Of a DNA stretch of 38,377 nucleotides, positions 32,333 to 38,377 are shown in pieces. A program made the translations under genes and the position numbers. Origin of the DNA: Candidatus Adlerbacteria bacterium (lineage in GTDB: Bacteria > Patescibacteriota > Minisyncoccia > Phycocordibacterales > SBAW01); NCBI GenBank assembly GCA_903824155.1, contig CAIJVL010000004.1, positions 1 through 38,377 on the forward strand. The letters are read 5' to 3'. The notes beneath the pieces were generated by a model. The model was not told the DNA's origin, did not search any database, and saw only the letters and a list, made by a program, of their open reading frames with translations. Each line of letters begins with the position of its first letter. The first letter of the stretch is position 1.

Positions 32333-33301
32333 ATGAGCGACCTCTCTAAATTCAAAGAAAATCCAAAGACCGCGTATCTGTATGCGGAGTACGTTCGTAT
32401 CCAAAATGAACAGGAAGAGACGGAAGCTCTCGCCAAAGGCGACATGGCCGAGCTTGCAGCCGACGACTTGGCGCGCTTGGCCAGCCAAAAGGCCGATGTG
32501 TTGGCCGAGATGGAGCGCATTTTAGCGGTAGAAGAAAAGGAAGAGGAGTTTCCCAACGAAATGATTTTGGAAGTCCGCGCGGGCGTGGGCGGCGAGGAGG
32601 CTGCGCTGTTTGCCGAAGAGCTGGCGCACATGTATCGCGCCTATGCCGAGCAGAATGGTTGGGGAGTCAAAGTACTTTCCGAGGCCAAGACGGACCTCGG
32701 CGGGTACAAAGATGCGGTGTTCGAATTCCGCGGCCTGGGTACGTACGAAAAGCTCCGGTTTGAAACGGGCGTGCATCGCGTGCAGCGCATCCCCGCGACC
32801 GAAAAGCAGGGCCGCATCCACACTTCAACCGCCTCGGTCGCGATTTTGCCGATGCGCAAAAAACACAAGATAGAAATTAACCCCGCCGATATCGAAATGG
32901 AGTTTAGCCGCGCCGGCGGCGCGGGAGGACAAAATGTTAACAAAGTGGAAACGGCCGTGCGCATCGTCCACAAGCCGACCGGCATCGAAGCCCGCTCGCA
33001 AAGCGAGCGCAACCAGCTCGGCAATCGCGAAAAGGCCATGGGTGTCTTGCTTGCCAAACTCGAGCAGCTCCAAGAGGAGCAGGAACGGGCCAAACTATCC
33101 AAAGACCGCAAAGAGCAAATAGGCAGCGGCGATAGGAGCGAAAAGATCCGCACTTACAATATCCCGCAAGACCGCGTAACCGACCACCGTATTAAAGAGT
33201 CCTGGTCCAACCTGCCCAAGATATTCGGCGGTAGTATTGGGCCAATAATTGATGCTTTGGCCACTGCCAATGGGGGAGGAGAAGTCGAGGAAACGGAGTA
33301 A
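32333..33301 (+). CDS. prfA: Peptide chain release factor 1
   Basis: PAT tripeptide ([14 protein letters not shown]), which is specific to RF1, and the GGQ motif ([17 protein letters not shown]). The start is moved from the track's TTG 32291 (inside the hairpin arm) to ATG 32333, which is preceded by TATACT-N6. Confidence 0.92.
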   Translation: MSDLSKFKENPKTAYLYAEYVRIQNEQEETEALAKGDMAELAADDLARLASQKADVLAEMERILAVEEKEEEFPNEMILEVRAGVGGEEAALFAEELAHMYRAYAEQNGWGVKVLSEAKTDLGGYKDAVFEFRGLGTYEKLRFETGVHRVQRIPATEKQGRIHTSTASVAILPMRKKHKIEINPADIEMEFSRAGGAGGQNVNKVETAVRIVHKPTGIEARSQSERNQLGNREKAMGVLLAKLEQLQEEQERAKLSKDRKEQIGSGDRSEKIRTYNIPQDRVTDHRIKESWSNLPKIFGGSIGPIIDALATANGGGEVEETE

Positions 33302-33311
33302 TCCGCAAGGT

Positions 33312-33340
33312 TTGCAAAGGGTGGCTTGCTGTGGTACATT
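33312..33340 (+). promoter_or_regulatory. Putative promoter TTGCAA-N17-TGgTACATT upstream of rpsB
   Basis: -35 at 33312-33317, extended -10 TGg at 33332-33334 and -10 TACATT at 33335-33340. It predicts a ~46-nt leader for rpsB, unlike most genes here. Confidence 0.4.
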
Positions 33341-33392
33341 TTTGACACGCCTCAGTCCTATATAGGGCTCTCGGGGGCATTTTTTAACACAC

Positions 33393-34139
33393 ATGGATAC
33401 TAAAACTGACAATCAAAGCGTAATCGACAAGCTCTTTTCTATAGGAGCTCATTTTGGCTACGCTCCCAGCCGCCGCCACCCTTCCACGGCAGCTTTTATA
33501 TTTGGCACCAAGGGCGGCACCGAGCTTTTTGATCTCGAGCAGACTGCCGATTGCCTGTCTAAGGCGCTCGAGTTTGTCGCCCAGCTCGCTGCAGCGCGTA
33601 AAACAATCCTCTTTGTCAGCGGCAAGGCCGAGGGCCGCGAGTCTCTTAAGCGCGCAGCCGAGCGCATCAACATGCCGTTTGTGGCATCGCGCTGGATAGG
33701 CGGCTCGCTCACAAACTTTAGCGAAATTAAAAAGCGCCTCAACCGCCTGCAGGAAATTGTCGACATGAACCAGACCGGCGAGATTGCCAAGTTTACCAAG
33801 CGCGAGCGCCTTATGATCGAGCGCGAAGCAACCGACCTCGAGACTATGTTTGGCGGCCTGCGCGGCATGCAAAAGATGCCTGATGCTATTTTTGTCATCG
33901 ATCCCAAGCAAGAGGCAGGCGTTGTTGCCGAGGCCGCGCAGCTGGGCATTCCGATTATCGCGCTTCTTAACTCCGATTGCGATCGCCGCAAAGTTTTGTA
34001 CCCGATACCGGGCAACGACGCCGCCAGTCAGGTCATCACCTACGTGGTAGACGAAGTCGCAAAAGCGTACGCGCAAAACCTCGGTCCCGAAAAGCCGGCT
34101 GACTCGCTGGCCGCAACACCTACGCCTGCAGCCGAGTAA
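33393..34139 (+). CDS. rpsB: 30S ribosomal protein S2
   Basis: GAHFGY....HP, FVSGKAE, RWIGGSLTNF and DAIFVIDPKQE..AV.EA..LGIP are canonical bS2 motifs. Confidence 0.93.
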   Translation: MDTKTDNQSVIDKLFSIGAHFGYAPSRRHPSTAAFIFGTKGGTELFDLEQTADCLSKALEFVAQLAAARKTILFVSGKAEGRESLKRAAERINMPFVASRWIGGSLTNFSEIKKRLNRLQEIVDMNQTGEIAKFTKRERLMIEREATDLETMFGGLRGMQKMPDAIFVIDPKQEAGVVAEAAQLGIPIIALLNSDCDRRKVLYPIPGNDAASQVITYVVDEVAKAYAQNLGPEKPADSLAATPTPAAE

Positions 34140-34196
34140 GAAGCCGCAACCGTGCGAAAGAGTTCTTAATTTGTTACTAACGTAATCTTTAAACCT

Positions 34197-34649
34197 ATGG
34201 CAGTTACCGCCGAGCAAATAATGCAGCTGCGCGAGAAGACCGGCATATCGGTCATGGAGTGCAAAAAAGCTTTAACCGAAGCCGACGGCGATATGGAAAG
34301 GGCTATCGTGATCCTTCGCGAAAAGAGCGCCGCAAGCGCCGCTAAAAAGCAGGACCGCGAGCTGGGTGCCGGCACGGTCAGCGCTTACGTACATTCCAAT
34401 GCGCAGGTGGGCGCGCTCGTCCTTCTTTCGTCCGAAACGGACTTTGTATCTAAAAACGAGGAGTTTGTGGCTCTTGCGCGCGACATCGCCATGCACGCTT
34501 CGGCCATGCGTCCTGCATCGGTAGAGGAGGTGTTAACACAGGAGTTTATCAAAGATCCCACAAAGACCGTTGGTGCGCTTCTTTCGGAGGCGACGCAAAA
34601 GTTTGGCGAGCGCATCGTACTTTCAAAGCTTGATATTTTCTCGGTGTAA
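34197..34649 (+). CDS. tsf: Elongation factor Ts, unusually short form (150 aa)
   Basis: UBA-like N-terminal domain QIMQLREKTGISVMECKKALTEADGDMERAIVILREK, then GA.V.L.SETDFV..N.EF..LA.DIAMH. The usual C-terminal core/dimerisation half is absent. Confidence 0.85.
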   Translation: MAVTAEQIMQLREKTGISVMECKKALTEADGDMERAIVILREKSAASAAKKQDRELGAGTVSAYVHSNAQVGALVLLSSETDFVSKNEEFVALARDIAMHASAMRPASVEEVLTQEFIKDPTKTVGALLSEATQKFGERIVLSKLDIFSV

Positions 34650-34670
34650 GAGTGGTGGTACAGTAGTACT

Positions 34671-35081
34671 ATGGTCTCGTATCTCATAATTCTCCTCGCA
34701 ATCTCCATCATTGGGATGCTGGCGCTTTTAGGCGCAAAGCGCTACGAGCTTACCAGCGGCAAGCTTATCTTTGCCAACGCGCGTCCAAAGCTTGCCAAAT
34801 TCTCTAACCGGATGGTCTTTTTATTCGGCACGGCAGTGCCGCTATATGTACGCTGGCAGGTGGGTCGCGCGTATCGCGCCAGCACCGCCTGGGTGCATTG
34901 GGCGGTTGCGCACGGCGCCTTAAGGGTAGAGCGCTGGCTTGAGAGTATCCTCGAGAATGTCCGCGAAAAGACAGCGTCAACCCGGGCTTCGGGCGAAGCG
35001 TCGGCCTTTTTGCGCGAAGTGGGCGAGTATAAAAAGAAGTTGACCGACAATGCACTAGAGCATCGCATCGATCAGGAGTAG
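34671..35081 (+). CDS. Hypothetical N-terminally anchored membrane protein
   Basis: The TM is YLIILLAISIIGMLALLGA and the remainder is basic and helical. TGgTACAGT-N6-ATG (34656-34673). No family recognised. Confidence 0.55.
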   Translation: MVSYLIILLAISIIGMLALLGAKRYELTSGKLIFANARPKLAKFSNRMVFLFGTAVPLYVRWQVGRAYRASTAWVHWAVAHGALRVERWLESILENVREKTASTRASGEASAFLREVGEYKKKLTDNALEHRIDQE

Positions 35082-35113
35082 ACAGAATAGAAATGCAGTA
35101 AAACAAAATATGT

Positions 35114-35189
35114 GCCGCCTTAGCTCAGTTGGTAGAGCAACTCTTTTGTAAAGAGAAGGTCCCCAGTTCGAGCCTGGGAGGCGGCTCCA
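35114..35189 (+). tRNA. tRNA-Thr (anticodon UGU), 76 nt with genomically encoded CCA
   Basis: The cloverleaf folds by hand: acceptor GCCGCCT/AGGCGGC, D arm GCTC-AGTTGGTA-GAGC, anticodon arm ACTCT-TTTGTAA-AGAGA (U33, anticodon TGT, A37; an A27-A43 mismatch), variable loop AGGTC, T arm CCCAG-TTCGAGC-CTGGG, discriminator T, then CCA. Confidence 0.9.
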
Positions 35190-35192
35190 AAA

Positions 35193-35891
35193 TTATTTAG
35201 CCTTGGTGCTCGAAGAGTTAGAAGTTGAGGTGGCCGAGGTGGTACTTGCCAGGGTTTTGAGCTCGGGGATCAGCGCCATCATTTGGTCTAGGTTTTTAAA
35301 GCCGTACACGGGCGGCCGGTTGTTGATTATCATCGCAGGCAGCGTGCCATTTACCTTATTGAGTGTCTTTAAGGTTGAAAGGGCCGAAAGGTCCAGGTGA
35401 TAGTCAAACGCATACACGCGCAGTCCCGGGTACTGGTTGCGCAGGTAGGTTAAGACGTCACCCATTTGGTTGCAGTCGGGGCAGTCGCCCGAGTTGGAGT
35501 AAAAGTACAAAATATACACCGGTTTGCCGCCGCACTTGTTGGTGATGTTTTGCAGCAGCACGTAGTCTTTAATCTCCAAAAGTGAGTACTGCTGCTTAAG
35601 CTGGATAACTTCGGGGTTGGTGTCGCCCAAGTTCTGCTCGGCAACCGAAAGCTGGCTGGCCAAGGTGTTTAGCTCGTCCGAGAGCACCGGGTTTTGCGCG
35701 AGCGTTTGGCAGTCGACGTTGCCGAGCAGCTCGAACTGCGTCTCCGAGGAAAGTATGTCTATAGAAATAGTGTCTTCGGTCGCGCGTATTTCGGCAATGC
35801 GCTGGTTGTCGATGCGCGAGGCAATGTAAAAGGCCGTGCCAAAAATAGCCGCGGTAATCACAAAAGCCAATATATATCTCTGCCAAGCCAT
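35193..35891 (-). CDS. Membrane-anchored thioredoxin-fold protein with a CPDC (CxxC) motif
   Basis: The start is moved to ATG 35891 (MAWQRYILAFVITAAIFGTAFYIA is the TM); the track's extension overlaps the upstream gene. YFYSNSGDCPDCNQM has the beta-strand-CxxC-helix pattern of thioredoxin/DsbA-like proteins. It has an S/T-rich tail. Confidence 0.65.
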   Translation of the reverse strand: MAWQRYILAFVITAAIFGTAFYIASRIDNQRIAEIRATEDTISIDILSSETQFELLGNVDCQTLAQNPVLSDELNTLASQLSVAEQNLGDTNPEVIQLKQQYSLLEIKDYVLLQNITNKCGGKPVYILYFYSNSGDCPDCNQMGDVLTYLRNQYPGLRVYAFDYHLDLSALSTLKTLNKVNGTLPAMIINNRPPVYGFKNLDQMMALIPELKTLASTTSATSTSNSSSTKAK

Positions 35892-35904
35892 AGGGGTTGT
35901 TACC

Positions 35905-37152
35905 TTAGCGCCATTTACTCTCGCGTGCAAGCGCAGCGCCCCAGGCAGCGCGGGCCAGCCACACGGGCGCCACAAAGCCAAACAATGCAAAGTAAAACAC
36001 CAGCGCCTTTACGGTTACTTCGGTGTCGGCAATGCGTTTGCCAAGGATGATGGCCAGTGCCGTGCCCATGAGTACCGCCAAAATAACGAACAGCATCATG
36101 CTGGTATTGATGTAAAACCAGCTCAATTGCTGGGGCGACAGGTACAGCGGTACGTGCGTTACGCTTATGTCGGCAACTTTGCTCCAGAGCGTATAGCCCA
36201 GATGGTAGAGCGCATAGCCGGCCATGTAGAGTCCTGCTGCAAACGACAACAAGCTAAAGGGCAGCACCAGCGTCCCAAAGTTGCCAAAACGCGGGTTGCC
36301 TACCATGTACTTGTAGTCGCGCGCATTCTGGAGGAACCCTTGCGACCAGCGTGTGCGCTGCTTTATAAGTGTTTTAAAGGTGCTGGGTACGGTAGTGTAT
36401 ACAAATGCATTGTGCGCGTTTGCTATTTTGAGCCCGTTGGCGTGCATCCGGAAGGCTATCTCCATGTCTTCGGTATTGTGCGCATGCTTGAACATGCCGA
36501 TGCGCTCAAAAACCTCGCGTTTGTATAAGGAAAAAGGTCCCGGCAACACATTTATAGCCGAAAGGTTGTCAAACATCTTTTTGTAAAAAATGCCAAAGGT
36601 GTACTCGACTGCCTGTATCAGCTCGAGCACCTTACGCGGGCGGTAGACCTTCATTGCCGGGGTTATTGCCATTATCGAAGTGTCGCCCTCAAACTGTTTG
36701 ACCGCTTCAATAAGCGCGTCGCTCGCGACAAAGGAGTCCGCGTCGAGGCAGCCCAATACCTCGGCCGTGCTGTGCGAAATGCCAAAGTTAAGCGCCGTGT
36801 ATTTGCCGCCGTTTTCCTTATGATAAAACTGCACCTGTGACGGGTTTTGCATGGCCAGTTTCTCGCCAATCTGCCGCGTAGTGTCAGTAGAACCATCGTC
36901 TATTATTAGTACCCGCATCTTTTCTTTAGGGTACTGCAGCAATAAAAGCGACTCGACCGTCTGGGCCAAGGTTGCCGCCTCATTAAAGCAGGGCACCAGC
37001 ATGGCCACTGATGGGTAGCGCTTAGGCAGGTCGGCAGTTTTGGTTGCCGGCTTCTTTTCGAGGTATGACATGAGCAAAAACACCTCAAAATAGAGCGCCA
37101 CAAAGAGGCACAGGTAGACGCCTAAAGACCCTAAATTGCTAGGGATGTCCAT
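35905..37152 (-). CDS. Processive family-2 glycosyltransferase (PgaC/IcaA/NodC/cellulose-synthase-like), integral membrane
   Basis: MLVPCFNE, IIDDGSTD, CLDADS (DxD) and QRTRWSQG (the QxxRW signature of processive GT2s). It has one N-terminal TM segment and several C-terminal ones. The start is moved to ATG 37152 (MDIPSN...), which is preceded by TATAGT-N6 on the minus strand. Confidence 0.8.
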   Translation of the reverse strand: MDIPSNLGSLGVYLCLFVALYFEVFLLMSYLEKKPATKTADLPKRYPSVAMLVPCFNEAATLAQTVESLLLLQYPKEKMRVLIIDDGSTDTTRQIGEKLAMQNPSQVQFYHKENGGKYTALNFGISHSTAEVLGCLDADSFVASDALIEAVKQFEGDTSIMAITPAMKVYRPRKVLELIQAVEYTFGIFYKKMFDNLSAINVLPGPFSLYKREVFERIGMFKHAHNTEDMEIAFRMHANGLKIANAHNAFVYTTVPSTFKTLIKQRTRWSQGFLQNARDYKYMVGNPRFGNFGTLVLPFSLLSFAAGLYMAGYALYHLGYTLWSKVADISVTHVPLYLSPQQLSWFYINTSMMLFVILAVLMGTALAIILGKRIADTEVTVKALVFYFALFGFVAPVWLARAAWGAALARESKWR

Positions 37153-37200
37153 TGCTCTACTATACCACTTTGGCCAAAAAACGGCTATACTGCAGTGTAT

Positions 37201-37965
37201 ATGGAAGAAGGTACTGAAACGAGCCTGCCCGCCGGCAGGCGGGGGCATTTACATCCGATTTCAAGCCTCATCCGCGAAGCTAACGCTATTTTCGGTAAAA
37301 TGGGCTTTACCTTTGCCTCGGGTCCTTTGCTCGAAAGTGAATGGTACAACTTTGATGCGCTTAACGTCCCCAAAGACCATCCGGCGCGCGACATGCAGGA
37401 TACTTTTTTTATTAAAGACGAATCAGGCATGGTGCTGCGCACGCACACGAGCCCCGTGCAGGTGCGTTACCTGGAGTCGCAAATTAAAAATGGCGTACTG
37501 CCGCCATATCGCGTTATAGTTCCCGGCAAAGTATTTCGCAACGAGGCGACCGACATGACGCACGAAGCCGAGTTTTTCCAGATCGAGGGGTTAGTAGTTG
37601 GCGAGGATATTACGCTCGCGCATTTGCGCGGCACGCTCGAGCAATTTTTTGCCGAGCTTTTTAAAGGGGCTAAAGTCGAGGTGCGATTTCGTCCCAGCTT
37701 CTTTCCCTTTACCGAGCCGTCGGTCGAGGTAGACATGCGCTTGGTGGGCGAGTCTGTTCCTCTAAAGCTGCGCGACCGGTGGATAGAGATGATGGGTGCG
37801 GGCATGGTGCATCCCAATGTATTACAAAACGCCGGGCTTGATGCGCAAAAATATCGCGGCTTTGCCTTTGGCATGGGGCTCGACCGTTTGGCGCTACTGC
37901 GCTGGGCAATAGATGATGTGCGCCTGATGCACTCGGCCGACCTTCGCTTCATCAATCAATTTTAA
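37201..37965 (+). CDS. pheS: Phenylalanine--tRNA ligase alpha subunit, short form lacking the N-terminal coiled-coil arm
   Basis: HP....I......F...GF, F.ALN.P..HPARDMQDTFF, class II motifs 2 and 3 (FRNEA.D.TH..EFFQIEG, GFAFGMGLDRLA). The start ATG 37201 is preferred over the track's GTG 37195, but this is uncertain. Confidence 0.9.
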   Translation: MEEGTETSLPAGRRGHLHPISSLIREANAIFGKMGFTFASGPLLESEWYNFDALNVPKDHPARDMQDTFFIKDESGMVLRTHTSPVQVRYLESQIKNGVLPPYRVIVPGKVFRNEATDMTHEAEFFQIEGLVVGEDITLAHLRGTLEQFFAELFKGAKVEVRFRPSFFPFTEPSVEVDMRLVGESVPLKLRDRWIEMMGAGMVHPNVLQNAGLDAQKYRGFAFGMGLDRLALLRWAIDDVRLMHSADLRFINQF

Positions 37966-37967
37966 TC

Positions 37968-38377
37968 ATGAAAGTCTCTAAGCTTTGGCTGGATAAATTC
38001 TTTGACGCGCCTTTGCCTTCGGCAGAGGTTTTGAGCGACGTACTGACCTTTCATGTCTTTGAAATAGATGGCATCGACAAAGTGGGTAAGGATGACGTCT
38101 TGGATGTAAAAGTGACGCCTAACCGCGGACACGACTGTTTAAGCCATCGTGGCATTGCTAAAGAGCTTTCGGCAATCCTAGAGCTCCCGCTCACTCACGA
38201 CCCCTTCACCTCAATGGCAAGGTCGGACCTTGCCATTGGAAGCAAAGAGGTTATGGTCAAAATCGATACACCTTTGTGCAAGCGTTATATGGCGGGGTAC
38301 ATACAAGGGGTTAAGGTTGGCCCAAGCCCGCAATGGCTTAAGGAAAGGCTTGAGGCGATAGGACAGCGCTCAATCAA
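37968..38377 (+). CDS. pheT: Phenylalanine--tRNA ligase beta subunit, 5' part only (it runs off the window)
   Basis: ATG 37968 lies 2 nt after the pheS stop, and the frame is open to the window end. It encodes MKVSKLWLDKFFD..., VKVTPNRGHDCLSHRGIAKEL, and C.RYMAGYI.GVKVGPSPQWLKERL...GQRSI (the B3/B4 domain). It is absent from the ORF track because no stop lies within the window. Confidence 0.85.
   Translation, partial: MKVSKLWLDKFFDAPLPSAEVLSDVLTFHVFEIDGIDKVGKDDVLDVKVTPNRGHDCLSHRGIAKELSAILELPLTHDPFTSMARSDLAIGSKEVMVKIDTPLCKRYMAGYIQGVKVGPSPQWLKERLEAIGQRSI

Noticed and set aside
33384-34217. 277-aa and 185-aa minus-strand ORFs opposite rpsB.
   Set aside because: They are antisense to a highly conserved ribosomal protein gene, an artefact of GC-rich codon usage.
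35836-36528. A 230-aa plus-strand ORF opposite the GT2 gene.
   Set aside because: It is antisense to a gene with the complete D/DxD/QxxRW signature and a TM topology. It has no motifs.
37335-37350. A partial match to the REP half-site (GTGAATGGT) inside pheS.
   Set aside because: Only the left arm is present and no complementary CCATTCAC follows. It encodes the conserved SEWYNF region of PheS, so the match is coincidental.
1-38377. A search for CRISPR arrays, DGR template/variable repeat pairs targeting the giant proteins, integrases or prophage blocks, and UGA recoding.
   Set aside because: There are no short regularly spaced direct repeats with unique spacers. No reverse transcriptase is present, and no near-identical repeat pair has adenine-specific differences; the only perfect repeats are the in-frame coding duplications of 26 and 45 nt. 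No integrase is present.

TGA terminates several well-supported genes (for example at 8871-8873, and at 17123-17125 on the minus strand), so the code is standard.

Overview
This is a 38.4-kb, densely coding window of roughly 55% GC (judged by eye) that uses the standard genetic code, with TGA as a stop. By inference only, it looks like a reduced-genome Patescibacteria/CPR (Parcubacteria-like) organism. The supporting signs are a split transketolase, a compact non-oxidative pentose-phosphate and lower-glycolysis set (gap, rpiB, rpe, tkt, fba, a PfkB kinase), a type IV pilin-like gene, minimal translation factors (150-aa EF-Ts, short PheS, PheT without its OB domain), giant S/T/G-rich secreted proteins, and almost no Shine-Dalgarno sequences.

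Housekeeping genes I recognise with confidence are gap, rpiB, the two tkt halves, gmk, fba, rplY, rpmE, prfA, rpsB, tsf, tRNA-Thr(UGU), pheS and the 5' part of pheT.

The accessory content worth a second look is:
1. A surface protein of more than 2,551 aa, still open at nt 1. It is built from degenerate tandem modules and carries an internal (not C-terminal) phage-tail-fibre-type S74 auto-processing chaperone domain, followed by a Cys-loop and an Ig-like domain.
2. A second S74 protein with a 7-repeat LVIVD propeller and the same post-S74 motif, preceded by a GWINF-repeat secreted protein.
3. An intact, AT-richer REP-associated tyrosine transposase (RAYT). It is flanked by copies of one 8-bp-stem/3-nt-loop hairpin, and a degenerate copy lies inside its own CDS.
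4. A striking recurrence of TAnnnT -10 boxes exactly 6 nt (sometimes 7) upstream of start codons, which points to leaderless mRNAs.
5. An uncharacterised minus-strand operon: a membrane-anchored 522-aa protein, a PaaK-like adenylate-forming enzyme, a 78-aa membrane protein, and a truncated paralogue without a P-loop.
6. A self-contained small membrane-protein cassette with a consensus promoter, a palindromic operator-like site, the only clear SD in the window, and a strong terminator.
7. A membrane ORF translationally nested between the two transketolase halves.

I saw no rRNA, CRISPR array, reverse transcriptase/DGR or integrase.
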